A stretch of 63,215 nt of DNA, filler included, from Octopus bimaculoides (Eukaryota): NCBI RefSeq assembly GCF_001194135.2. It is 4 parts of 4 records of this genome, joined end to end, with 100 filler letters (N's around TTAATTAATTAA, not from the genome) between each part and the next. Parts side by side here need not be neighbours in the genome. Positions count along the whole stretch, not along the records: positions 28,494 to 52,559 come from NC_068985.1; positions 52,660 to 56,637 come from NC_068992.1; positions 56,738 to 63,215 come from NC_068999.1; 1 more part is not named here. One strand, 5' to 3'. Under the pieces are notes generated by a model. It saw nothing but the letters and a program-made list of their open reading frames with translations. It had not been told where the DNA came from and searched no databases. Both the position numbers and the translations under genes were made by a program. How positions within the stretch are numbered: the first letter of the stretch is position 1; every line of letters starts with the position of its first letter. Positions 51,240 to 63,213 of the stretch are shown here, piece by piece.

Positions 51240-51415
51240 TATAGGCTAAATTTTGGCCACATAATGCATTGGACTTTTTCCATATTTCTGATAAAGAGTA
51301 CCGCTCGAAACGTGAAATCCTCTTTCTTTTCTTTCCTTTCCTGAGCGTCCAATAACACTACTTATTCCACGTCCTCGCGTTGTTGTTTTTTCTTGCTTGT
51401 TCATGTTTGGATTGA
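51240..51415 (+). mobile_element. ORF-less Penelope-LTR-like unit with hammerhead motif (copy 4)
   Basis: ttt-ctgataa-a-gag-taccg-ctc-gaaa-cgt-g-aaa (51285-51317); same family as 11105-11285; followed by a (TA)-rich tract. Confidence 0.65.
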
Positions 51416-51579
51416 CTATTAAGGAATATATATATACAAGCATGAATACAAACACATATGCATATATACATGCATATATGTGTGCGTACGTATATATGTC
51501 TGCATTTATACATATGTATGTGTACATATATACATATGTATATGTATATATATGTACATCCCAATATATTTCAACAATG

Positions 51580-52559
51580 CGGAAATTTATTTCATCAAAG
51601 TAAGTATCATTGCAATCAATACATTTTTACCAACGAGTAACAAGCTTTTTTATTGCGGTAACATACAAATCTGGAGTTCTGGAACTGATGAACTCTTGGA
51701 ATGCACTTTCAGCATCGGTTTGATTTTTGCACTTTTTTTGTCGCAGGAAACCATCAAAGTGCTTGAAAAAGTGGTCGTCGGTAGGAAAAGATCTGGGGAA
51801 TAAGCTGAGTGGGGAAGAACTTCATGGCCAAGTTCCCACAACTTCTGGAGCGTCGTTAGTGAAACGTGTGGTCGAAAATTGTCATGAAGAATGATTGGCC
51901 TTCTTCTGTTGAACAGTCTGGGACGGAGGAGTAGTAGTTTTTCGTTCACTCTGGCAATTTCATGGCAATGTTTCTGCAGTAATGATTTTTCCGAGTTTTA
52001 AGAAGTTATAGTGGATGCCTCTAGCAGTACACCACCAAACAGTCACCATAACCTTCTTTTTGAAGATCTCAGGTTTAGGAATGGTTTTCATTTTGGTCCA
52101 ACCACTGCGATAATTTTGTTCAGAATCCACTTTCCCTCGCAAGTTACAATACGGTCGAGAAATGAATCGGTCTGGTTACGGAGAAGCGACGAGTAAATTT
52201 CATATCTGCGTATTTTCTGATTTTCATTCAAACCGTGTGGTACCCATTTGTCGAGCTTTTAAGAATTTCCGATCGCTTGCAAATGGTTGCCGGCAGTTTT
52301 CTTGCTAACTTCTCGAGTGGTTTTACGTGAATCTTTCTCAATGACGGTTTTTAATTGACCGTCATCAATGACAGATTGGCGTCCACTATTCTCATGATCT
52401 TCAAGGCTGAGGTCTCCACTGCGAAATCGTTTAAACCATTTTCGAGCTGACCATTCACTGGTCATTTCCTCACAGAATGTTTCGTTAAAATCGCGAGCAG
52501 TTTCAACTGCTTTACGCCCTTTTTTGAAGTTGAATAGCAAAATTGCTGGAATATCGCAC
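51580..52559 (-). mobile_element. Mariner (DD34D) transposon, nearly whole transposase, frameshifted
   Basis: MLFNFKKGRKAVETARD...WFKRFRSGDLSLED (52259-52540); FLDRIVTCEGKWI (~52125-52165); KKVMVTVWW; LHDNFRPHV...HSAYSPDL (51650-51949); 5' end in gap. Confidence 0.9.
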
Positions 52560-52865
52560 NNNNNNNNNNNNNNNNNNNNNNNNNNNNNNNNNNNNNNNNN
52601 NNNTTAATTAATTAANNNNNNNNNNNNNNNNNNNNNNNNNNNNNNNNNNNNNNNNNNNNATATAACAAACAATATATGAGTATATGCATATATATGTACA
52701 TGTATGTACATACCTTCATCTACATGTACATATAGATACATAACTGGGTACATGACGTGGCAAAAGAACATGGACAAAATGATAAACAAGGTACAACAAA
52801 CAAGCAAGCCACATAGAAACATCTCCTTCATCAGCTGCCACCATTAAAACACCGGCGTTTCGAAG

Positions 52866-52911
<46 letters not shown>

Positions 52912-52959
52912 GTACGTACATACATACATACATGCATACATACGTACACGCACACAGAC

Positions 52960-53330
52960 ATACATATACATGACGGAGTAGTAGTTGTAGTGACAATAGC
53001 AGCAGTAGGAGCACCAGCTACAACAACAGCAGCAGCAGCAGCAGCAGCAGTAGCAGCCAGCAACACATCTCAATGTGTCTTGGCATAGTCAACGCCTACT
53101 TCAAATATTCGGCGATGTCTTGACAGCTAGCTTAACAGGTTAGTCTATACAAACTAGGTATCGCGACAACAGCTTAAAACAACATAAACATCAACAAGTA
53201 AACAAACTGCTATAGCAATAACAACACGATCAACAACAACAGCAACAACAACAACAACAACAACAACAACAGCTATGATGATTACGGCGACGACAACAAC
53301 TATGATTACAACAATATCAAACAACATCGG
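52960..53330. repeat. (GCA)n/(CAA)n trinucleotide-rich tract
   Basis: Direct reading; yields poly-A/V/C ORFs. Confidence 0.85.
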
Positions 53331-53553
53331 TAGCAGCTGAGTTCCCGAAACAACACCCAAGATAAAAGGTAATAAATACATACTTATTATTTATTATTTG
53401 ATAATTGATAATTAACTATTAATCGATCATTTCTTTGTAATTGGTTAATGAGGACTGTGGTGATGGCACAATCGGTAGAGGAGAGGGCTAAAATATTTTG
53501 GAAAAATTCAATCATGGTTCCAATCTTTATATTCCAAAGATAAAATTTCAGCA

Positions 53554-53751
53554 AGGCGCAGGCATGGCTGTGTGGTAAAAAGTTCGTTTCCAAACCACAT
53601 GGTCCCGGGCTCAGTTGCACTTCGCGGCATCTTGGGCAGATGTCTTCTACGATAGCCCCAGGTCGATCAAAGTCTTGTGAGTGGATTTGGTGGACAGAAA
53701 CTGCAGTAAAAACGTCCTGTACACACACACACACACACAAATAAACACACA

Positions 53752-53786
<35 letters not shown>

Positions 53787-54010
53787 CTTTGCGTCTTTGC
53801 TTGTCTCTCCATCAACACTTGACAACCACTGTTAGTGTGTTTACGTCCCTGCAGCTTACCGGTCATCAAAAGGGTCTGATAGAATAAGTACTCGTATTAA
53901 AAAAAAAAAAAAAAAAGTACTGGTGGCGATTCGTTCATCTGTGATTCTTCAAGACAGTGCCTCGGTATGGCCGCAGTCTAATGACTGAAACAAGTATAGG
54001 AGTAAAAGTG
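53554..54010 (+). mobile_element. SINE family A, full length
   Basis: aggcgcaggcatggctgtgtggtaaaaagttcgtttccaaaccacatggtcccggg...gccgcagtctaatgactgaaacaagta. Confidence 0.9.
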
Positions 54011-54021
54011 TGTATAAAAGT

Positions 54022-54059
<38 letters not shown>

Positions 54060-54545
54060 NNNNNNNNNNNNNNNNNNNNNNNNNNNNNNNNNNNNNNNNN
54101 NNNNNNNNNNNNNNNNNNNNNNNNNNNNNNNNNNNNNNNNNNNNNNNNNNNNNNNNNNNNNNNNNNNNNNNNNNNNNNNNNNNNNNNNNNNNNNNNNNNN
54201 NNNNNNNNNNNNNNNNNNNNNNNNNNNNNNNNNNNNNNNNNNNNNNNNNNNNNNNNNNNNNNNNNNNNNNNNNNNNNNNNNNNNNNNNNNNNNNNNNNNN
54301 NNNNNNNNNNNNNNNNNNNNNNNNNNNNNNNNNNNNNNNNNNNNNNNNNNNNNNNNNNNNNNNNNNNNNNNNNNNNNNNNNNNNNNNNNNNNNNNNNNNN
54401 NNNNNNNNNNNNNNNNNNNNNNNNNNNNNNNNNNNNNNNNNNNNNNNNNNNNNNNNNNNNNNNNNNNNNNNNNNNNNNNNNNNNNNNNNNNNNNNNNNNN
54501 NNNNNNNNNNNNNNNNNNNNNNNNNNNNATATATATATGTATATG

Positions 54546-54589
<44 letters not shown>

Positions 54590-54936
54590 AATTGCGAATT
54601 AACCACCCATATTATTTATATATATATATGTATGTATGTATGTATTTATGTATGCATGTATGTATGTGTGTGTGTATGTGTGTGTGTGTGTATATGTGTG
54701 TGTGTGCATGTGAGTGTGTGTGTGTATATATATATACGCATTTGTATATATATGTATAGGTATATATATATATATATATATATNNNNNNNNNNNNNNNNN
54801 NNNNNNNNNNNNNNNNNNNNNNNNNNNNNNNNNNNNNNNNNNNNNNNNNNNNNNNNNNNNNNNNNNNNNNNNNNNNNNNNNNNAAATATGCATATACTTA
54901 TAAATATCTCACTATCAATTTATCTCTCTATATATA

Positions 54937-54982
<46 letters not shown>

Positions 54983-55222
54983 TTTAGATAAGAAAAAGAG
55001 ATTACTCAGGAAGAATAATGGTTATGTTATGAACTTCACTAATTCACATCTGTTTTTCAATGAAGATGCACTGGATTCTTAGTTGAGTGCCTGAATAATA
55101 TTCTATAGCTTCATCGATACCTCGAATATGAAGTTCAATTCATTTATTGTCCCTCTATACTCACCTAACACTTGACTCCACACCATCATATATTCAGATA
55201 TATATGTACATCTATCTATCTG

Positions 55223-55294
<72 letters not shown>

Positions 55295-55442
55295 CCTGTC
55301 TGTCTCTCTATCTAAGCTTGAAATCTGGGAGCTCAGATTAGTGGAGAATTCTAATCACTGTACTCATCCAGTATTTTGTTGTATTTGTATATACATTTAA
55401 AGAAAGAGAAGCAACACAGTCAGCGCAATGGCGTTCTAACGA

Positions 55443-55477
<35 letters not shown>

Positions 55478-56016
55478 TAGTCTTGTAGTACGTATATTTC
55501 TACAAATATGCATATGGACACACAGACACACACAGACACACACACATATGTATATATGTATGTATGCATGTACGTACATATGTATGTATATATGTATGTA
55601 TGCCTATACAAGTATATATATATATATATATATATGAATGTGTGTGTGTATGTATATATACATACATGTGTGAGTGTTTGTCTGCATATGTGTGTATGTG
55701 CGTCCGTGTGTGTAACTCAGTGTATAATTATATCAGATGAAAAATAAATCTTCATCCTTCGCGATACTTGATGTTATAGAGAGGCCTCGAGGGAGATGGG
55801 GCGTTATATTTGCTTGATATGTCGTAATTGATTGGACTGCGTGTATATTTATTGAATTGCGTTTGTGCACGTCTCTATATGCACACACTCACACACACAC
55901 ACACACACACACAAATATATATATATACTTCAAATACATGCACACACACTCTCACACATATATACTTCAAATACACGCACACACACACAAACACACAGAG
56001 ATACACACACATATGA

Positions 56017-56225
56017 ATCTTTTATCTTTTAGTGGTTTCATTCATCTGGGTGCGGCCATGCCGGAGCACCACCTTCAAGGAATTTAAGTCGAATAAATCG
56101 ATCCCGGTCCTGCTTTTTTTAATTTTAAGCCTGGAACTCTTTTCGCCGAATCGCTATGTTACGTAGACGCAAACACACCAACACGGGGTGTCAAGAGGTG
56201 TGCGTGGGACAAACACAGACACATA
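56017..56225 (-). mobile_element. SINE family A 3' half
   Basis: gcggccatgccggagcaccacc...gtcgaataaatcgatccc...gccgaatcgcta...gtgtcaagagg. Confidence 0.75.
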
Positions 56226-56526
56226 GACACGCACATAGATATGTACATACACATACACACACACACATATATATATATATACACACATATATATATATTA
56301 TATATATGCGCATATATATATTACACACACACACACATATATATATATATATGCCTAGAATTGAGAATCTTGTGTGAAATTCCTTAGTACTTCCACCGTA
56401 TGATGACATTCGGTAACCAAGACTAGTGGACGAGCTTCGAATATCATACTAAAAAGTTGTTGCCGAAATTTTATTTGTATAGAAAGAGAAGCAACACTGA
56501 AGTCAATGCAATGTCGTTCTAACGAC

Positions 56527-56590
<64 letters not shown>

Positions 56591-56737
56591 TAGTCTTGTA
56601 GTACGTATATTTCTACAATTATCCATATGTACACACANNNNNNNNNNNNNNNNNNNNNNNNNNNNNNNNNNNNNNNNNNNNTTAATTAATTAANNNNNNN
56701 NNNNNNNNNNNNNNNNNNNNNNNNNNNNNNNNNNNNN

Positions 56738-56791
<54 letters not shown>

Positions 56792-58044
56792 CATACAATT
56801 CAACCAAATTTCTTTTTTGTTTGACAATATTATTAGCGAGGTGTTGTTTGTGGATAAAAATAGTAAACCATATGGAATCGGTACAGTGCCAGGAGTTAAT
56901 GATTACGCTTTGTGTTGCTGTTGGAGTCTCTAACATTAACACATTCTAAACACAGGTTTAATAAAGCAATCTCTTTGAAGGAATGTATTCGTGTTTACAG
57001 TTTACAATTCATTAATTTTATTTTGGTAGACATTGCTCATGGAATCTGTTGGCAGAAGAGGTAGCCATAGTGGTGGTTGAATGCGCATGAAATAGCAGCT
57101 AAATCACCAACAAAATCCCAAAGCAAAACTTACTATCTTGATAAAAGGACGCATTCAGTAATGTCGTCCAGGAGGCAGTATTCTTGAAGAAGATGCTGGA
57201 TGGACACATACATACATACATACATACATACATACACACATATATATATATATATATATATACATACACACATGAACTTACTTGGAAATGGATGCGCTTT
57301 CTATGTCTTTCTCTCTCTCCCTCTTTCTCTTTTTCTCTCTCTCTCATTGCTCACATGTGACCATCGTCCATCTTTCTTTTCCTGCATGGACGTTCAAAAG
57401 AACCAACGTTTTTTTTTCTCCCTCTTCTAACTTTTCTCTTTTCAAAAAATTTCTCCCAGCATTCACTACTTTCCTTTCATTCTGGTCTAACGACCCAGAA
57501 TGTTTGTTTGCGTTCAGTTTCCCTGTAGATCTTCACTGTCATGTTTTTGTTCCCAACTTTGACACTCCAGAAATCCTAAATTTTATTTTACAATTTATGG
57601 GAGCAACTGTCTTTCAAACAGGTGCAGCTTCCTAGGTCTAACCAACAGTAGTATTATTCCCTTCATGGGACTGTCACATTAAGTTGACAGCATACAACTA
57701 CTTCATCGTATCACTACTGCATAAATCTCTCTGAGAGATTTAGAAATGTGTTATTTCTAAAGATATCCTTGGCCTGAAGATTAACCTGTGGTATACACCT
57801 TGCTTGGATATTTACCATTTCCAAAGTTCCGTTCCCTATAAACCATACGTAGCCCAGATTTTATGCATTCCATTCCTTAACTCTTGTGTTCTTATTCGTT
57901 TTCATCCTTTAACGTCCGTTTTTCATGTTGGCATGGCTAGGCATAAAACTGCACCAGGCTTCACTGTGTGCTTGTGCGTGTATGTATGTGTGTGTGCACG
58001 TGTGTGTGTGCCTGCATGTGTGTGTGTGTGTGCGCGCGCGTCTG

Positions 58045-58190
58045 TGGTAAGAGGTTTGCTTCCCAACCAATTGGTTCCAGGTTCAGTCCCACTGCATGGC
58101 AGCTTGAGCAAGTGTTTTCTTCTATAACCCCAGACTGACCAAAACCCTGTGAATAGATTTGGTAGAAGAAAACTGAAAGAAGCCCATTGC
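58045..58190 (+). mobile_element. SINE family A 5' half
   Basis: tggtaagaggtttgcttcccaacc...ggttcagtcccactgcatggc...gaaaactgaaagaagccc. Confidence 0.8.
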
Positions 58191-59029
58191 AACTATACAT
58201 ACATACAAACATATATATACATGCATTGTACATGCATACATACATAATACATACATTATACCTACACACATGCATACAACATACATACATATTTACATGC
58301 ATATATGTAAGCATTCATACATCATGTATACATACATACATATATTTACATACATACATACATTCATACATATAAAGGCACCATCAACAAAATGAATGTT
58401 TTAAGATAATTTCACTTGGGCCATGTCACAATATGTAAATAAACCAGAAACTTAATGCCTCAACTTGATATCCTGTAGATTTTTAGGCAATAAATCTTAA
58501 TAAAAGTAAGTCAAAATAAATTTAAAATAAAACCAGTCGGAATATATCTTAACCACATATCCATGCCGCATGTGTCTCCATGTGTTTAATATATACAGTA
58601 TGTGTACTGTGGCCATTATAGGATTGCAAATTTTGTGTGTGTCTTTGTGCATGTAGATGTCTTCTTGTTAATGTATGTATTTGCATACATCATTGCGTGC
58701 GTGGCTTCAATAGGTAGAAGAAAGGGGTGAGTGAATTAAAAACAGGCTTTGATGGTGGTGGTGGAGGGGGACCTAATCATACTGTTGTCGCCACAGAAGT
58801 CAATAAATGGGTGACAGTTATTCGGTGGTTAATGCTTTGATCTATAAGATAAACTCCAACCAACTTTGTCTTAACTTTATTATTTTGATTTGCTTTTTAT
58901 TAAGATTTATTGCCTTAAAACCTACAGGTGATATCAAGTGAAGGCTATTTTCCAGGGGCATATATTCCGGGTGTGCTAGGTATGTGTTGCCCACCCGTCG
59001 AAAATAGCAAATCCATTATAAATATTAAC

Positions 59030-59245
59030 CTTGCTTGTGTATTTGTCTCCCCTCTGTCGCTTGGCACTAATGTTAGTGTGTTTACGTCCTCGTAGCTTAG
59101 CGTTTCGGCAAAAGTGACTGATAGAATAAGTACTACGCTTACAAAAAATAAGTCCTGGGGGTTGATTTGTTCAACTAAAGGTGGTGCTCCAGCATGGCCG
59201 CAGTCAAATGACTGAAACAAGTAAAAGAGTAAAGAATAAAGAGAG
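59030..59245 (+). mobile_element. SINE family A 3' half
   Basis: gtgtgtttacgtcctcgtagcttagcg...gatagaataagtact...gctccagcatggccgcagtcaaatgactgaaacaagtaaaagagta. Confidence 0.85.
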
Positions 59246-59685
59246 TAACTGCTTTAAAATGTACAGAGTAGATGGGATGCTCATTACATCTGACCCCACT
59301 TAATAAAATCAACCCCCAAACCCCATAATTTTGGTATCCCCTGTTTAAAAATCAACCACAAGACAGAGAAGGAGCCTGTATAATGTTGACAGGCCACTTA
59401 ATTAAACTTAATTAATTATCCAACCTGAACAAAAAATGGCCCCAGAATTATATTTGTTACTGTCAGGTGCAAGAGAGATGTGGTGATGGGGGGGAGCAAA
59501 CGAAAATCTTTCTTTTGCTATTTTTTGTTATTTTTTGTTTTGTTCTTGTTATTCTTTTGTTTTTGTTTTCTTTTTTTCCTAAGGTTGGAAATTAAGATAA
59601 ATGGCCAAAGGTCTATGAAGTTGATTCGTTAATTTATGATTTGATTTCTTTGAAAAATCTTGCAATCTTAGTGATTGTGTCACAT

Positions 59686-60050
59686 CAGGCATGGCTGTGT
59701 GGACAAGAGGCTTGTTTGCAACTGCATGGTTTCAGGTTCAGTCCCACTGCACAGCACCTTGGGCAAGTATCTTCTAATATAGCCACGAATCAATCTGTGC
59801 CTTGTGAGTGAATTCGGTAAATGGAAACCATGTGGAAATTTATTGTGTGTGAGTGAGTATGTGTACGTATGTGTGCATGCTTGCATCTTTGCAGCAGTAT
59901 CCCCCCCCTCACCTTGCTGCTTGACAACTGATGTTGGTTTGTTTACATTCCTGTAATTAGAGATTCAGTAAAAGAGACCACTAGAATAAATACCAGACTT
60001 AGAAAGCATCTGTGTTTTTGTGTCTATGTACTGGGGTTGATGTGATTGGC
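59686..60050 (+). mobile_element. SINE family A, near full length
   Basis: caggcatggctgtgtggac...ggttcagtcccactgcac...gcttgacaactgatg...ctggggttgat. Confidence 0.8.
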
Positions 60051-60104
60051 TAGTCCCTTCATCCAAAATTTAACCCCTTTTATTTATAGCATAAAGAATT
60101 ATTT

Positions 60105-60310
60105 GATGAAAGTAGCAAGCTGACAGAATCATCGCCATGACACACAAAATGCTTTATAGAATTTCTTCCTTTTTAGTTCAAATTCCACCAAGGTCAGCTT
60201 TGCTTTTCATCCCTTCAGGGTGGTTAAAATAAGAAACAGTTAGGCATTGGGGGTAATGTAATTTCCCCTCTCCTCACTCTCCTAAAATCGCATGCCTTGT
60301 CCCAAAATAA
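60105..60310 (+). mobile_element. SINE family B
   Basis: agcaagctgacagaatc...aaaatgcttta...gttcaaattccaccaaggtcagctttgcttttcatccc. Confidence 0.75.
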
Positions 60311-60799
60311 AAAAGGGCTTTGTTTGATGATATTTAGATGGTAAGGTGGTGATATTTGAATATGATTTGGCTGATATTTCTTGCAGGTCAAACTACAAAA
60401 TAGTGGCTCCTCTCTCTCTCATTAGCTCCTGCCAGCTATAATTATCAGTAATGATAAATATTGTTGTTGTTTTGGTTGTTGTAACCGTTGCTGAAACCGA
60501 ATATTTACATTTTATTTTAGACTTCCTTGATCGATAAAAAGAAAGAATATATTAGTAGAACGCTGGGATTAACTTATTGGTTATACTCTCTCTCCCAAAA
60601 TGTATAGCTTTTTGTCCGAGTCATGTGATGACCTTTAAAACAGAACCTTTAAAAGTCTTGAAAATTGAAGCCGGCATTCTACAACTGGCGCCAATTTGTT
60701 TGAAGAACACCAGCTGTTCAAAATGGTTGCTATTATTTGCTGTTTATTGATTTATTTAACCCTATTGCTATTAGTAAGGATTATTATTACCATTAATCA

Positions 60800-60990
60800 G
60801 CATGGCCTAGTGGTTAGGGTGTTGCATTCACGACCGCGAGGTTGTGGTTTCAATTTCTAGACCAGGTGGTGTGTTGTATTTTAGAGCAAAACACTTCATC
60901 TGATGTTGCTTTGCGATCACTTTGACCCCTGACACGTGGTACACTGTGCACCTGTTCAGGTAACATCAATTTGATGGAGAGAGGGAGCTT
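60800..60990 (+). mobile_element. CORE-type SINE (family D-like)
   Basis: gcatggcctagtggttagggtgttgcattcacgaccgcgaggttgtggtttcaatttc...gtgttgtattttagagcaaaacactt. Confidence 0.7.
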
Positions 60991-61247
60991 AGTGAGAAAA
61001 ATTAACCAAAAATGCATGAACTGGACAGAAAATAACGCACAGGAAGTGATCAGTGAATGAGTCATCTAAAAAGAAAAAAATGTGTGAGAGGAGGCATCAG
61101 GTTGGCAAATTTCATGAAGCATAGAAGTTTTGAAGGATGTTGTGTCTCAACAGCTAAGAAACTTATGTGGGTTGTCTGTTCTATGCATCAGCAATTCTGA
61201 GCAGGAAAAAATGTTTCTGGGAGTTGTTGATACTGCTCTCTCTCTCC

Positions 61248-61630
61248 TTTACTCTTTTACTTGTTTCAGTCATTTGACTGCGGCCATGCTGGAGCACCGC
61301 CTTTAGTCGAGCAAATCGACCCCAGGACTTATTCTTTGTAAGCCTAGTACTTATTCTATCGGTCTCTTTTTGCCGAACCACTAAGTTACGGGGACCTAAA
61401 CACACCAGCATCGGTTGTCAAGTGATGTTGAGGGAACAAACACAGACACACAAACACATACACACATATATATATACATATATACGATGGGCTTCTTTCA
61501 GTTTCCGTTTACCAAATCCACTCACAAGGCTTTGGTCAGCTCAAGGCTATAGTAAAAGACACTTGCCCAAGGTGTCACGCAGTGGGACTGAACTCGGGAC
61601 CATGTGGTTCATAAGCAAGGTACTTACCAC
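61248..61630 (-). mobile_element. SINE family A, near full length
   Basis: tactcttttacttgtttcagtcatttgactgcggccatgc...agtgggactgaactcgggaccatgtgg; near-identical to 9443-9819. Confidence 0.9.
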
Positions 61631-62353
61631 GCGTTGTCTTTTTTTTTAATTTTATTTTGTAAGCTTGTCTATGAGTGTTAACACAAGCCTTAGTCCTTTA
61701 CCTTTCATATTTCTGTGAAAATACACTGCCATTTTTTGACTATTGACTTTAAAAAGAATGAATAATTTAGTTATTTTACTAAATTATTCATTAAGACTGC
61801 TGATTGGAACATAAATTGAGATGCAAAATTGATGGAAGATTTTCATTGAAACCACTTTTAAAACATGAGGTCTGTATCATAGAACCCAATGCAGACTTAA
61901 ACAGGTCAGTCTCAGAATGGTTGAACTAGGAATTTAATATGTGTGCTAACAAACATTTGCAACAATTAAGATATTTTAGCACATCAACTCCTATTTTAGA
62001 TATCTATAATGTTATGGTATTTGTTATCTAATCATTTAGATAATTATGATGTTACACTGTGCATTAACTCATATTTGAATCTGTTATGTATGTCAACACA
62101 ACCCACGCACGTGTGATTTTGTGAATGTTTTTGATTGGCTCATTCTTTTGGTGATTTAGTCTAACCAAAAGGATTGGTTCAGAAGCCTTTTAACTGATAC
62201 GATGACTAGAGACTGGTGTTATAATAAAATTCGCTCTGATTCCTATCAGAAGATCTTCCCATTATAAGATGTCTGGAATGGGCCATTTCAGATCTTTTAT
62301 TGATTGCAAGAAGCAAGAAGTTGGCTGAGATGATAAATAGCAATGATAGCATC

Positions 62354-62384
<31 letters not shown>

Positions 62385-62487
62385 CCATCATCGTCATCAT
62401 TATCGTATATNNNNNNNNNNGTGCCACTGGCATGGAAGCCAGACAGCTGCTCTGGCAATGATCACGCTTGGACGGTGCTCCTAGCTA

Positions 62488-62730
62488 TAGGCACAAGGCC
62501 TGAAATTTGGTGGGGTGGGGGCAATGGGATAGTCGATTACATCTTCATCCAAAAGGATGAAGATTTCTATTATAGGCACAAAGCCTGAAAATTTTGCAGT
62601 GTTGGGATGGCAGTAGTGGGTGGGGGAATTATTCGATTACCTTGAACTCGCTGCTCAACTGGTACTTACTCCATCGATCCAAGAAAGGGCGAAAGTCAAA
62701 GTTGATCATGGCAGGATTTGAACTCGAAAC
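62488..62730 (-). mobile_element. Two family B SINE pieces
   Basis: aggcacaaggcctgaaattt...gtcgattacat; second piece ...aactggtactt...ggcgaaagtcaaagttga...ggatttgaactcg. Confidence 0.7.
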
Positions 62731-63118
62731 ATGATTATTACATTTAATCAATGTCCCTTACTTTGTTTATGATGGTAGAGTGTGAAAGAAAGATAACAGC
62801 TTATTTATGCTCTACACTAACGGGACATCTGTCCGGTCAACAAGGCTCACTATCTTGTTAATGGTATAGATAAACAGATATTCCCTCCCTCTCTTCCTCT
62901 TTCACTTTCTCTCTCTGCCCCTCGCTCTTTGTCTATCTATCTATCTATCTATCTAAAAAATAAAACAAAAAGGCAAAAGAGAGTCACTTACTGTTATAGT
63001 TTCTTCAATGAGAATATTGACCAAGGTTACCGTGGTCTTTTCCGTGGGCTTTTCCTTCCACGGCTAAACCTAAACTGTCCTCCCCTCTTTTTACACGAGA
63101 ACATTACTGTGTGATACA

Positions 63119-63213
63119 CGATCCCTATTGATCGGCCTTTCCTTTTCTCTTTTTTTTTCGATCCCTTTTGATCGAACTGCTCCTTTTTCCCTTCCTACGA
63201 TCCCTTTTGATCG
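63119..63213. repeat. Three copies of the 16-bp hairpin cgatcccttttgatcg at 39-40 bp spacing (truncated by window end)
   Basis: Copies at 63119-63134 (one mismatch), 63159-63174 and 63198-63213. Confidence 0.8.

Larger units (their letters stand above)
3976..62420. other. Numerous scaffold gaps (N runs); three are 44N-TTAATTAATTAA-44N placeholders
   Basis: Largest gaps 3976-4609, 24265-24697, 25275-25621, 39957-40830, 54060-54529; linkers at 28438-28449, 52604-52615, 56682-56693. Confidence 0.95.

Noticed and set aside
3905-54973. Long ORFs in the track containing X runs (e.g. 3905-4660, 24203-24880, 39756-40901, 53957-54973)
   Set aside because: They are open only because N codons cannot be stops
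59395-59420. ttaattaaacttaattaatta as a homeodomain-site cluster or a copy of the gap linker
   Set aside because: Short AT-only motif expected by chance at this composition; no conservation data
63119-63213. CRISPR array
   Set aside because: Eukaryotic context, no cas genes, repeat only 16 bp, spacers are low-complexity and resemble each other
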